Shown here: in pieces, positions 27,142-36,621 of the stretch
Numbering within the stretch: the stretch's first letter is position 1
How the letters are laid out: every line of letters starts with the position of its first letter
From: a bacterium
GTDB taxonomy: Bacteria > Krumholzibacteriota > Krumholzibacteriia > G020349025
Assembly (NCBI GenBank): GCA_031362565.1
Contig: JANLSU010000078.1
Coordinates: 36,163 to 100,162 of the forward strand
Direction of reading: 5' to 3'
Length of the DNA: 64,000 bases
Notes under the pieces: model-generated
What the model was told of the DNA's origin: nothing
Database searches by the model: none
What the model saw: the letters and a program-made list of their open reading frames with translations, nothing else
Program-made: the position numbers and the translations under genes

Positions 27142-27825
27142 TCAGGGCAGGATTTCGTCGATGTCGCTCAAGCTGACTTCGGTCGCACCGAGAAGCACGC
27201 GGGCGGTCCCGTCCTTGTAGCGAATGCCGCTCACTCGCGCCACCAACAGTCCATGCGACTCGATTGTCGAACCGTCGGCACGCGTCGCCGCGACCTTGAA
27301 CGTATAGTGTCCTGACGCGGCCTGCACGCCGCTGTCGTCTTTTCCGTCCCATTCGAGGCCGTGCGCACCGGTGGAGCCGGCATCTGCGCCGTTCGCCTCG
27401 ATCGTGCGGACCAGTTTCCCGGCGTCGTTGTAGACCGAGACCGTGACCTTGGTCGCATCACCGTCCAACCGGTAACCGAGCGGCGCCGGCTGGCCGGACT
27501 GGAGGTCGAACGAGTCCGCCACGACATGCACCTGCTTGCCGATGAGGCCGGTCGACATCGTGTTACTGAGCAACTGGCCGAGCGCCAGGTTGACGTCGAG
27601 GTTCTGTTGCAAGGCCGTGCTCATGTTCTGCAGTTGCTCGAGAGAACTGAACTGCGCCAGTTGGGCGATCATATTCTCGTTCTTCATCGGTTCGAGCGGA
27701 TCCTGCAGCTTCATCTGGGTCACGAGCAGGTTCAAGAACGCATCGCGGCCCAACGCTGAACCGGGCGCCGGTGTCGTACCGGCGTTCTGCTGAGTCGAAG
27801 AATTCATGATCGATTGCACAGCCAT
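27142..27825 (-). CDS. flgD: Hook capping protein FlgD
   Basis: FLNLLVTQMKLQDPLEP, AQLAQFSSLEQ, WDGKD. Confidence 0.96.
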   Translation of the reverse strand: MAVQSIMNSSTQQNAGTTPAPGSALGRDAFLNLLVTQMKLQDPLEPMKNENMIAQLAQFSSLEQLQNMSTALQQNLDVNLALGQLLSNTMSTGLIGKQVHVVADSFDLQSGQPAPLGYRLDGDATKVTVSVYNDAGKLVRTIEANGADAGSTGAHGLEWDGKDDSGVQAASGHYTFKVAATRADGSTIESHGLLVARVSGIRYKDGTARVLLGATEVSLSDIDEILP

Positions 27826-27891
27826 GTCCGAACTCCCTTCCGAACCGCCCGGGCGCATGCGGCGCACTGCCGCTGCCGCCACGTCGAGGCG

Positions 27892-29394
27892 CTAGAACCA
27901 GTAGTCCACCAAGCCGGAACCCGCGCCAGGCCTGCCGGAGGCGCGCGCGGTGGCCGGTGCATCGCCCGCTCCAGGCTCTTTCTTGGGCGCGGCATCTGAA
28001 TCACGCTTGTTCTCACGCCGGTCGTGTCCACGGCGGGAGTCCGCCAGGCGGATGTCCATGCGCTCGAGGTTGAAGCCCGAGCGTTCGAGCGCCACAACCA
28101 GTCCCTGCATGTTCGCTTCGAGTGCCGCCTTGACCGCCGGATTCTCGACCGTGATCGAACCCTCGACGACGCGGTTTCGCACCGCGAGCCGCAAGCGCAG
28201 TTTGCCGAGATCGGGCGGTTCGAGATCCAACCGTGCCTCGCCACCGCCGATCCGCACGAGGGCGGCCATTTCGGCGGCGACTCGCTCTTGTGCCGCATTC
28301 ATCTCGGGCGCCTGCGCCGTGTGCACGCGCGCCTCTGGCTGGAACTGCATCTCCGCGGGGCCGCTCGTGTTCGCCATGGCGAGCGCGAAGCGGGCTTCGG
28401 ACTGCGAGCTGTTCGCCGAACTGTGGTTGCTAATGGCCGCCAGCGGCTCGAGCGGATCGCCGGACGAGTGCCGCGTGTCGCTGGCGGTAAATGCTGCTGC
28501 CGGCGAGCGACGCGCGGCCCCCGCACCGAGATCATTCGACGGCGCGACACCGATCGCGGTGCGGCGCGCTGCGACACCGAGTGCGGTGTTGGTGCCTGGC
28601 TCGCGCGGCGCGGCGCTCGAAGTCGAACTCGTCGCCGCCGGCATCGTGGCCGCGGCGATTTCAGGCGTGGCGTCGACCCGCGCTGGAGCGGGGCCGGCTG
28701 GTTCCGGCGCCGGCGCCGAATGCGGGCCCGCAGCCGCGGCCGCAACCGCAACCGGTCGGACCAGCGCTTCTTGCGCGGCGCGCATACCGCTTACGGACAA
28801 CGCCCCGGGCTGCGGCTCCGGTAGATGCGGTGGTACAGGTGCAGGCATCGCGGTGCGTTCCGGCACGATTTCGGGATTCAAAACCGGCGCCGGAATCGGT
28901 TCGGGCAATCGCGCCGGCAGCGGTGGCGGCTCGGCGCGTGGTTGCGCGCCAATCGGGCGCTCCACTGGATTTATTTCAGTATCGATGGCGGCGGCGGGCC
29001 CGAGGTCGAGCGGTGGTGCTTGCTGCGCCGCTCTTGCGATAGCGATCTGCTCGGGCAGTAACGGCGGTGGCGTGGGTTCCAAGAGCGGCAACGCCGGTGC
29101 GGTGGAACCAGCGTCCGGAGACTGCACGAGCGGCAGCGGCAGCGGCACCGGCACCGACCACTCGAGCGGCGGCGGCGCGATGGGCAGTACCGGCACGACG
29201 GCCTGGGCCAGCGTCGCGTCGTCGGGTTCGGGCCCTTCCTCTGGCGGTTCGCCTGCTTTTGCGAGGCGTTCGGCAATCGCCTTGAAGCTCGTTCCAGCGT
29301 CGCAACCATCCGGCGCGTTGCCGGCCGGGATGTCGACCGGCGACACCGCAGGCGCCGGTGAAACTCCCCAAAACGTACCGATCGATGTCGTCAT
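27892..29394 (-). CDS. fliK: Hook-length control protein FliK
   Basis: Pro/Ala-rich N-terminal part; C-terminal LDLEPPDLGKL motif. Confidence 0.88.
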   Translation of the reverse strand: MTTSIGTFWGVSPAPAVSPVDIPAGNAPDGCDAGTSFKAIAERLAKAGEPPEEGPEPDDATLAQAVVPVLPIAPPPLEWSVPVPLPLPLVQSPDAGSTAPALPLLEPTPPPLLPEQIAIARAAQQAPPLDLGPAAAIDTEINPVERPIGAQPRAEPPPLPARLPEPIPAPVLNPEIVPERTAMPAPVPPHLPEPQPGALSVSGMRAAQEALVRPVAVAAAAAGPHSAPAPEPAGPAPARVDATPEIAAATMPAATSSTSSAAPREPGTNTALGVAARRTAIGVAPSNDLGAGAARRSPAAAFTASDTRHSSGDPLEPLAAISNHSSANSSQSEARFALAMANTSGPAEMQFQPEARVHTAQAPEMNAAQERVAAEMAALVRIGGGEARLDLEPPDLGKLRLRLAVRNRVVEGSITVENPAVKAALEANMQGLVVALERSGFNLERMDIRLADSRRGHDRRENKRDSDAAPKKEPGAGDAPATARASGRPGAGSGLVDYWF

Positions 29395-29966
29395 GGTCTT
29401 GGGTCCTTGGCCAGCATCTCACTCAAGCGCGCGGCGTTCGTCGGATCCATTCCGGCGATTACCTTCGCGGCGGTGCGATCCTTCAGGTTCGAGAGAATCG
29501 CCAAGGTATTTTCATCCGACAGCGAATCGAGAATCTGCGCCACCGCCTTGGGCTTCATCTTTTCGTAGACCCGGACGAGATGCGCCACGCCTTCAGTGTT
29601 TGGCAGTTCCACGGGCAGCACCGGCGTCCCATCTTCGATGGCAACTTCGTTCGCGGCGGTGGTGTCCATCGGCGCAGCCGACTGCGTCACACCCGCGAGC
29701 GCCAGGGCCAGCGAATCTTCCGGGCTGCGCTGATATTCGGCGTGCGGTTGTTCGGGCGCCGTCTCGGTCGCTGGTTCGGCAGGTGCGGCGTCCTCGCCGG
29801 GCACCGGCTCCGGGACGACCGCGGTGCTGTCGGCAACGGCGCGGCTGGGCTCCGGGACGATGAAAGGCGGCCGCGGCACGAGCATGCCCTTCAGCACCAG
29901 CATCAGGACCACCGAGGCAATGAACGTGACGACGACTCCGATGACGTGAACGACGATCGGTTTCAC
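29391..29966 (-). CDS. MotE/YlxF/FlbB-like protein (MgtE_N-type)
   Basis: N-terminal TM; LVRVYEKMKPKAVAQIL...AAKVIAGMDP; lies between fliJ and fliK. Confidence 0.8.
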   Translation of the reverse strand: MKPIVVHVIGVVVTFIASVVLMLVLKGMLVPRPPFIVPEPSRAVADSTAVVPEPVPGEDAAPAEPATETAPEQPHAEYQRSPEDSLALALAGVTQSAAPMDTTAANEVAIEDGTPVLPVELPNTEGVAHLVRVYEKMKPKAVAQILDSLSDENTLAILSNLKDRTAAKVIAGMDPTNAARLSEMLAKDPRP

Positions 29967-30430
29967 ACCCGCTCCTCCCGTACTCTACCTTCACTGTCAC
30001 GCACGAACGCTTGTCGTGCCATTTCGTCGGTTTCGATTTGTTCGAGCGCATCTTGTTCGCGGCGCCAGGCCTCCGCGTGACGCGCCTCGAGATTCTCGAG
30101 CACCTTGCGATCGATCGCGGCGCTGACGAGAGCGGCGCGGCGTTCCTCGGCGCGGCGCTCGCAGTGCGTCACGGCTTCTTCTTGCCGGCGTGCCGCATCG
30201 GTCACCCGGTCGAGCATGGCGCGCAACGCCACCTGGGTCGGCACGTCGAGCTGGCCCGCCGGCATCGCCAAGGCCTCGGCCCGCAGGCTTTCGGCTTCGG
30301 CACGCATTCGCTCCAGGACGGCGCGCTCCCGGTTCAAGACTTGGTTGGCAGCCGCGAGTTCTTGCTGGCGGCGGCTCTCGGCGACGCGCCGCGCTTCGAG
30401 AACTTTCTGCAGCCGGAATGCCTTGCTCAC
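29963..30430 (-). CDS. fliJ: Export protein FliJ
   Basis: GTG 30430 overlaps the fliI stop; FRLQKVLEAR, RKVLENL, EQ..TDE. Confidence 0.88.
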   Translation of the reverse strand: MSKAFRLQKVLEARRVAESRRQQELAAANQVLNRERAVLERMRAEAESLRAEALAMPAGQLDVPTQVALRAMLDRVTDAARRQEEAVTHCERRAEERRAALVSAAIDRKVLENLEARHAEAWRREQDALEQIETDEMARQAFVRDSEGRVREERV

Positions 30431-31749
30431 GCCGCACCGCCTTCGACGAGCGTCGCGAGTGCCTGCTGAGTCGCCTCGAACGGCGAGGTCTCGGCGGCGC
30501 CTTGGCGCAGAAATGCCCGCATGGCGTCGATCTTGGCGAGCGCCGTATCGATGCGCGCGCTCGAACCACGGGCGTAGGCGCCGATGTGCACGAGGTCTTC
30601 GGCCTCGCGATATGTCGAGAGGAGTTCCCGCAAGCGCGAGGCTTGGCGCACATGTTCCGGCGGCACCACTTCGTGCATGACGCGGCTGACACTCGCCAGC
30701 ACATCGATCGCCGGGTAGTGACCTTCGGAAGCGAGACGGCGCGATAGCACGATGTGTCCGTCCAGAATCGATCGCGCCATGTCGGCCACCGGTTCGTTCA
30801 TGTCGTCGCCCTCGACGAGCACCGTATAGAGCGCCGTGATGCTCCCCGCCCGCGCCATTCCCGAGCGCTCGAGCAGGCGCGGCAAGAGCGCGTACACCGA
30901 CGGTGGATAGCCCTTGGTCGCCGGCGGCTCGCCCACGGCAAGGCCGATTTCGCGTTGTGCCATCGCCACCCGGGTCAGCGAATCCATCACCAGGAGCACA
31001 TCGCGGCCCTGATCGCGGAAGTGCTCGGCGATGGTCGTCGCGAGCAGCGCGCACTTGATACGCAGCAACGCCGGCTGATCGGAAGTCGCCGTCACCACAA
31101 TCGAGCGCGCCAGGCCCTCGGGCCCGAGGTCGCGCTCGAGGAAGTCGCGGACTTCGCGCCCACGTTCGCCGACCAGCGCGATGACGTTGAGGTCGGCGGC
31201 GCAGTTGCGCGCGATGCTGCCGAGCAACACACTCTTACCGACACCGCTGCCGGCGAAAATTCCGACACGTTGGCCCTTGCCGCAGGTCAGCAGCGCATCG
31301 ATGGCGCGCACCCCGGTGGCCATCGGTTCGAGCACGCGCTGGCGTTCGAGGGGCGGTGGGGCTCCGGAGCGCAGCGAGCGCATCGAGCGGGCCCGCGTCG
31401 GGCCCAAGCCATCGATCGGACGGCCGAGCGCATCGAGCACACGCCCCAGCAATTCGTCGCCGACCGGCACCTGTAGCGCGCTGCCACACGCCGCGACGGT
31501 GGCGCCGGGCGCCACGCCATGTAATTCGGCCAACGGCATCAAGAGCACCCGCGAGCCGCGAAAGCCCACCACCTCGGCCAGGACGCTCGCGCCGCCCGGC
31601 AGGCCTTCGATGCGGCAGGTTTCACCAACTGCCACCTGCGGCCCATCTGATTCGAGCAGCAAGCCGATCGCCTCGACTACGCGTCCGGTGCGGCGGATCG
31701 GCTCCAGCCCTTCGAGGCGGTGCAGGCAGTCTTCGAGATTCACCGTCAT
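30427..31749 (-). CDS. fliI: Export ATPase FliI
   Basis: GIFAGSGVGKS, GERGREV, DSLTR, GHIVLSR. Confidence 0.98.
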   Translation of the reverse strand: MTVNLEDCLHRLEGLEPIRRTGRVVEAIGLLLESDGPQVAVGETCRIEGLPGGASVLAEVVGFRGSRVLLMPLAELHGVAPGATVAACGSALQVPVGDELLGRVLDALGRPIDGLGPTRARSMRSLRSGAPPPLERQRVLEPMATGVRAIDALLTCGKGQRVGIFAGSGVGKSVLLGSIARNCAADLNVIALVGERGREVRDFLERDLGPEGLARSIVVTATSDQPALLRIKCALLATTIAEHFRDQGRDVLLVMDSLTRVAMAQREIGLAVGEPPATKGYPPSVYALLPRLLERSGMARAGSITALYTVLVEGDDMNEPVADMARSILDGHIVLSRRLASEGHYPAIDVLASVSRVMHEVVPPEHVRQASRLRELLSTYREAEDLVHIGAYARGSSARIDTALAKIDAMRAFLRQGAAETSPFEATQQALATLVEGGAA

Positions 31750-32462
31750 GACACACCCGGCGATTCCGTTGTCAGCGTTTCCACCAACGCTGTTTCGATA
31801 ACTTGCAACTGGTCTTCGATGGCGGCGGCAATTTCACACGCTTCGGTGCCGATGGCGCAGCTGCCGCGCTGTTGCTGATCGTCGGCTTCGATGCGCAACG
31901 AACGGCTGCGCCGGGCGGCTTGGGCCCACTCGGCCGCATGTTCTTGGACGAGTGCGAGATCGTCGGGATGCACCCGGATCGTGACCTGGTGTGCTTCGGC
32001 GGCGTAGCGCAACGCCCGCCGGACGACCTGCAGCACGAACTTCTCGTCGATACGCACCGCGTCGGCGACGATCTTGCGGGCGATGGCCATCGTCAAACGC
32101 ACCGCCGCCTCTTCGGCGCCCAGCAAAAGCGCCGACCGCTCGGCCTGGAGCGCATCGACCGCCGCCGTGAGGCGCGCCACTGCCACGGTGACCTCGGCGC
32201 GCAGTTTGCTCTCGGCGCGCGCGTCCGCTTCACGCAGTCCGTCGACGTACACCTGTTCGCGCTGCACGAGCCGCAGTTCGAATTCCTGCAGCGCGAGCGA
32301 CAGCAGGCGTTCCCGCTCGGTGTGGTTGGCGGCGGCCGTCATCGCCGCGACCTCGTTGTCCGTTGCCTGTACGATGGCCGGTGTTTCGTCCCGGTCGAGT
32401 GGCACAATTTTGCGATGCACGGCCTCGGACACCTGGGCGGTACGAATCACCTTAGCCAGCAT
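31746..32462 (-). CDS. fliH: FliH
   Basis: Coiled coil, IARKIV, IRVHPDD; between fliG and fliI. Confidence 0.85.
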   Translation of the reverse strand: MLAKVIRTAQVSEAVHRKIVPLDRDETPAIVQATDNEVAAMTAAANHTERERLLSLALQEFELRLVQREQVYVDGLREADARAESKLRAEVTVAVARLTAAVDALQAERSALLLGAEEAAVRLTMAIARKIVADAVRIDEKFVLQVVRRALRYAAEAHQVTIRVHPDDLALVQEHAAEWAQAARRSRSLRIEADDQQQRGSCAIGTEACEIAAAIEDQLQVIETALVETLTTESPGVS

Positions 32463-33468
32463 GAGCGGCACCGCCGGTCCGGTCGATGACGATCTCGCCC
32501 TTTTCCTCCAGCGCCCGGACCTGATCGATGATGGTGTCGCGCGCCAATTCGATTTCCGCGGGCTTTGGATTGCGCAGGAACTCGATTTCGTCTTTCAGCG
32601 TTTGGCGCATGCGTTCGGAAACGTTCTTGAAGAACTTCTCCTTGAGCGTGTCGTCGGCGTCCTTGAGCGCCAAGACGAGATTCTTGGTATCGACGTCCTT
32701 CAGCAGGCGCTGAATGCCGCGGTCGTCGATCATCAGGATGTCCTTGAACAAGAACATCAGCTTGCGGACCCGTTTGGCGATGTCGCCGTCAAGCGACGCG
32801 AGCGTTTCGAGAACGCTGCGCTGCGCTTCCATACCGACCATCGTCAGCACGCTGGCCGCCTTTTGCTCGCCGCCGAACCCTTCGAGGCGTTTGGTTGGGG
32901 CGCCGACCTGCGTTTTGTACTTCGAGGCCAAGGCACCGTGCACTGCCGACGCCACATCGGGCGGAATGGCGCGCATGGTGGCGATGCGCCACACCATCTC
33001 GTGCTGCCACTTCTCGGACAAGGCCTCGATGACCTTGGCGGAAACCGGCTGGTCGAGCTGGGTGAGCAGAAAGGCCGCCGTTTGGGGGTGTTCCTGCTCG
33101 ATCATTTTCGCGAAGCGCTCCGGGTCGAGCCGCGCATAGCTGCGGAGTTTCTGGTTGTCGCGCCATTCCATGCGCTTGACGGCTTCGCCTGCTTGCTCCT
33201 TGCCCAGGCTCGCCTCGAGCACTTTGGCGGCGCGTTGCAAGCCGTTGTCGGTGACTTGTGACGCCGCCAGCTTGTTGTGGAATTGCGCCAGCACTTCGTC
33301 GCGTACCGAGTCCGGTACGTCGCCAAGCTGCACGAACTCCCCGGCAAGCTGCTCCACCTGGCCATCGCCCAACCGCGACAGGAGTTCCTTGGCCTCGGAG
33401 CCCAAGGTCATCACCACGACCGCCGCCTTCTGGCGCGGTGTGAGGTCGCTGATGGACGCAATTGCCAT
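32452..33468 (-). CDS. fliG: Rotor protein FliG
   Basis: QKAA, EHPQT, GG linker, MFLFKD, C-terminal torque helix. Confidence 0.96.
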   Translation of the reverse strand: MAIASISDLTPRQKAAVVVMTLGSEAKELLSRLGDGQVEQLAGEFVQLGDVPDSVRDEVLAQFHNKLAASQVTDNGLQRAAKVLEASLGKEQAGEAVKRMEWRDNQKLRSYARLDPERFAKMIEQEHPQTAAFLLTQLDQPVSAKVIEALSEKWQHEMVWRIATMRAIPPDVASAVHGALASKYKTQVGAPTKRLEGFGGEQKAASVLTMVGMEAQRSVLETLASLDGDIAKRVRKLMFLFKDILMIDDRGIQRLLKDVDTKNLVLALKDADDTLKEKFFKNVSERMRQTLKDEIEFLRNPKPAEIELARDTIIDQVRALEEKGEIVIDRTGGAAHAG

Positions 33469-33474
33469 CGCCGA

Positions 33475-35007
33475 TCAGCGCTCCTCTTCGAGCATGTTCA
33501 GAATGAGTGCCGCCGCTTCTTCAGGCCGCTTGCGGCTGATTTCCGAGACGCGTCCGGAGACCACGCTGTTTCTTGGCGGCGTGACCGCCGGCAGTTCCAT
33601 GTTGAGTGTCGGACCCGCTGCCGCCGCCGGTGCGGCACCCCCGGCATAGGCGGCCGACGGTGCAGTCGCACTCAAGACCTTGGCCATCGATGCGAAGGCC
33701 ATCTTGAGCGCGATGAACACCACGACCGCCGCCAGGACGATCGAACCCTTGCTGACGACCGTCTGCATGACCACGCGCTGGGTTTCGCGCGCCGCCTCGA
33801 CTTGCGCCTCGTCCAGATACGAACGATCGAACTGGACGCAGGCGATCTGGAATTGATCGCCGCGCTTGTCGTCGAAGCCGACGGCGTTGCGAACCAGGGC
33901 CGCGAGTTTGTCGAGTTCGGCGTTCGGGCGCGGCGTGAACTTGGGAACGGCGTCCTTGGCACCCTTGGCGACCGGTTCGTGCCGTCCGTCCACGGTCACC
34001 GCCACCGTCAGGCGCTTGATCGAACCCGGCGCCTTCTTGATTTTTTCGACCGTCTTGTTGACCTCGTAGTTGGTGAGCGACGAGGTCGCGTCACCCGTTG
34101 CTGCGGCGCCGGTCTGTTCGCTCGATTGCTCGCTGCGAATCGCCGAGTTGTTCGGGTCGTAGGATTCGCTTTCGCGGTCCAGTTTGTCGAAGTCGAGATC
34201 GACCGCCAAACGCACCACCGCTTGCTCGGGACCCACGACACGATCCAGAAGCGTCTGGGCCCGCTCCTCGAGCGCCCGCGCTACTTCGTGCTCCATACCG
34301 AATTTCGCCGTCGCCTCGGCGTCGACGCCATGGCCGGCGCCGCTCGACGAGAGCAAGTTGCCGAACGCATCCAGGATGTTCACCTTGTCGCCGCTCAGGC
34401 CTTCCACAGCCCCAGCGACCAGCGCGGTGATCCCCTGAACCTGCTTCGGACCGAGGCTGGCGCCGGACTTCAAATGCAGCACTACGGAAGCCGACGGCTG
34501 TTTGTTTTCGTCCGCAAAAACCGCGTGCTCGGGAATGACCAAGTGGACGCGCGCCGAAACGACTTCATCCATGCCGCGGATCGTTTCGGAAAGCTCACCC
34601 TCGAGAGCGCGGCGATAGTTGACTTGTTGCATGAAGTTGGTCATGCCGAACTTGCTGTGATCCAGCAGCTCGTAGCCGCCGCTGGCGCCGTTGGCGGCGA
34701 TTTCCGGCGCGATCTTCAAACGCAGCCGCGACACTTCCTGCTCGGGGACCTGGATCGTCCGGCCGCCGTTGTCGAGCCGGAACGGCACTTTTTCCGCCCG
34801 CAGCTTTTCGACGATCGAACTCGCCGCATCCGGTTCGAGGTTGCTCATCAGCATGCCGTAGCTCACGTGACGGGCCACGAATGCCGACACGACGACAGTC
34901 AGGCCTGCTCCCGCGAGCAGGCAGCCGATCCAAAGCCGCTGCGTGGCCGGCAGCACACTCCACCGGGCGGCAAAGCCCGTCGCCATGGTCTTGAGCTGGT
35001 CGAACAC
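33475..35007 (-). CDS. fliF: MS-ring protein FliF
   Basis: GYELLD, RALEGELSETI, ARVHLVIP, PSASV; two TM segments. Confidence 0.96.
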   Translation of the reverse strand: MFDQLKTMATGFAARWSVLPATQRLWIGCLLAGAGLTVVVSAFVARHVSYGMLMSNLEPDAASSIVEKLRAEKVPFRLDNGGRTIQVPEQEVSRLRLKIAPEIAANGASGGYELLDHSKFGMTNFMQQVNYRRALEGELSETIRGMDEVVSARVHLVIPEHAVFADENKQPSASVVLHLKSGASLGPKQVQGITALVAGAVEGLSGDKVNILDAFGNLLSSSGAGHGVDAEATAKFGMEHEVARALEERAQTLLDRVVGPEQAVVRLAVDLDFDKLDRESESYDPNNSAIRSEQSSEQTGAAATGDATSSLTNYEVNKTVEKIKKAPGSIKRLTVAVTVDGRHEPVAKGAKDAVPKFTPRPNAELDKLAALVRNAVGFDDKRGDQFQIACVQFDRSYLDEAQVEAARETQRVVMQTVVSKGSIVLAAVVVFIALKMAFASMAKVLSATAPSAAYAGGAAPAAAAGPTLNMELPAVTPPRNSVVSGRVSEISRKRPEEAAALILNMLEEER

Positions 35008-35020
35008 CGACGAACTCCCC

Positions 35021-35323
35021 TCAGATCTGCGTGCGTTGCAGCTCCTGATACGATTCCATCAGCCGGTTGCGGACTTCGATCAAGAGGTCGAGCGCCATGT
35101 TGGCCTGCTCGACCGCCATCATCAGTTGATGCGGTTCCACGGCTTGGCCCTGTGACATCGCTTGCACGTGGGCATCGGCGACCTTGTCGAGCCGCGCGAC
35201 TTCGCCGAGGGTGTTTTTCAGCGTGTCGCCGAACGACGGCCCGGACTGCAACGGCGCGCCGGCCATCGGAAATTCGCTGGCACCCTTGTCCAGGCGCAGT
35301 GCACGCGTCACATCCAAGTTCAT
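35021..35323 (-). CDS. fliE: FliE
   Basis: VRNRLMESYQELQRTQI. Confidence 0.95.
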   Translation of the reverse strand: MNLDVTRALRLDKGASEFPMAGAPLQSGPSFGDTLKNTLGEVARLDKVADAHVQAMSQGQAVEPHQLMMAVEQANMALDLLIEVRNRLMESYQELQRTQI

Positions 35324-35364
35324 ACGGCCCCGTCCCGTGTACGGCGTCGTTCACGACGCCAAGG

Positions 35365-35859
35365 TCAGATCTCCAGCGACTTGGTGACGATGTTCTGATA
35401 GGCCTTCATGGCCGCCAGGTTGGCTTCGTAGGCCCGGGTCGCGGCCACCATATCGACCATCTCCGAGACTGTGTCGACGTCGGGCATGCGGACGTACCCA
35501 TCCGGGCCCGCGTCCGGATGCTGCGGATTGAAGACCAGCGTCACCCCAGCCGTCGGATCGACGACTTCCTGCGCCTCGACAGTTGATGTCGGCGCCATTG
35601 GCAGCAACATCGGTGGCGCGCTCGTCAGATGTTCGGGCGACGTGCGCGTCACCGGCAGTTCCATGCCTGGAACTTGCAGGGGCGCCGTTGGGGCCTCGCT
35701 GCTGCGGATGACGACTGTGTGCCGCTTATAGGTTTCGCCATCGGCGGCGCGCGTCGTTTCGGAGTTCGCGAGATTCTTGGCGATCGCGTCCATGCGCTTG
35801 CGCTGGGCACTCATCCCGGAGGCGCTGATCGACATGGCGCCAAATAAATCCTGTGACAT
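35365..35859 (-). CDS. flgC: Rod protein FlgC
   Basis: ISASGMSAQRKRM..IAKNLAN, HPDA..DGYV.MP, RAYEAN. Confidence 0.97.
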   Translation of the reverse strand: MSQDLFGAMSISASGMSAQRKRMDAIAKNLANSETTRAADGETYKRHTVVIRSSEAPTAPLQVPGMELPVTRTSPEHLTSAPPMLLPMAPTSTVEAQEVVDPTAGVTLVFNPQHPDAGPDGYVRMPDVDTVSEMVDMVAATRAYEANLAAMKAYQNIVTKSLEI

Positions 35860-35879
35860 GTCGCCTCCCCGTTACGGCG

Positions 35880-36260
35880 TTACTTGTGGCCGGTGATCGC
35901 GGCGCGAATTCCCGCCACGCGCAAGGTGGCGACCCGCGCCGCGAGATCGAATCGCAGCTCGTTTTCCGCCAGCGCCACCATTTCTTGATCGAGATCGATG
36001 CCCGGACCCTTGGCCAGTGGATCGCGCACCACCAGCGGCACCGGCTCGCCCGCGGCCTGCATGCCGAGATGCCCCGGCTGGGTCGCAGCGAGCGCCATCC
36101 CGTTGGCGGCGGCGAGTTCGTCGGCGAAACGCGCCTCGCGCCGCTCGTAGCCCGGCGTACTGACGTTTGCCACGTTGCCGGAGTAGACCCGTTGCTTCCA
36201 CGCTGCGAGGTTCATCACCTTGGCAAGCGATGGCAGGCTCGTGTTGTCGAAGAAACCCAT
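35880..36260 (-). CDS. flgB: Rod protein FlgB
   Basis: NVANVSTPGY, IDLDQEM; start MGFFD with RBS GGAG. Confidence 0.92.
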   Translation of the reverse strand: MGFFDNTSLPSLAKVMNLAAWKQRVYSGNVANVSTPGYERREARFADELAAANGMALAATQPGHLGMQAAGEPVPLVVRDPLAKGPGIDLDQEMVALAENELRFDLAARVATLRVAGIRAAITGHK

Positions 36261-36346
36261 GGCCGTCTCCACACGTATCGAGCCGCCGCACCATCGCGGC
36301 AGCACCTTGGGAAAGGGCGCGGCCCTTCTTGCGCGCTGCGGTAAGC

Positions 36347-36361
36347 GCAAGGATTGGGCCC
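36347..36361 (-). promoter_or_regulatory. Putative sigma-54 promoter of the flgB operon
   Basis: Minus strand GGGCCCAATCCTTGC (GG-N10-GC with TTGC), about 87 bp upstream of flgB, preceded by an A-tract. Confidence 0.45.
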
Positions 36362-36621
36362 GATGTTCTTTTTTGCTCAAGTCGGAGCCTGTGCCTCTCA
36401 CGAGCACGCCAGGAGTGGATTTGCGACGCGGTACGCCGTCGCGCTCGGCTCCGAAGGGGGCCGTGGCGCGCATGTCGTGGCCATGGACGGGGTTCGGTGG
36501 ACCAGAAACTAGCCGCCGTCGTCCAGCCATACGGACTGCGTGGACTTGGCGTCTTGGAAGTGGGCCTCCTGCAAAGACGGGATCGCTGGTTGTCGGACGG
36601 CCTTTTCGATACGATGCGGCG

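Noticed and set aside
29125..29180. GGCAGC/GGCACC short tandem repeats
   Set aside because: They encode the Pro-rich linker of FliK; not a CRISPR array or a clear contingency locus.
30431..31054. N-terminal extension of FliJ in the 363-aa ORF
   Set aside because: Overlaps fliI out of frame; the real start is GTG 30430.
36261..36621. Riboswitch or ncRNA upstream of flgB (also considered 25753-26168)
   Set aside because: Only generic GC hairpins; no c-di-GMP riboswitch consensus recognisable by eye. An Rfam scan would settle it.
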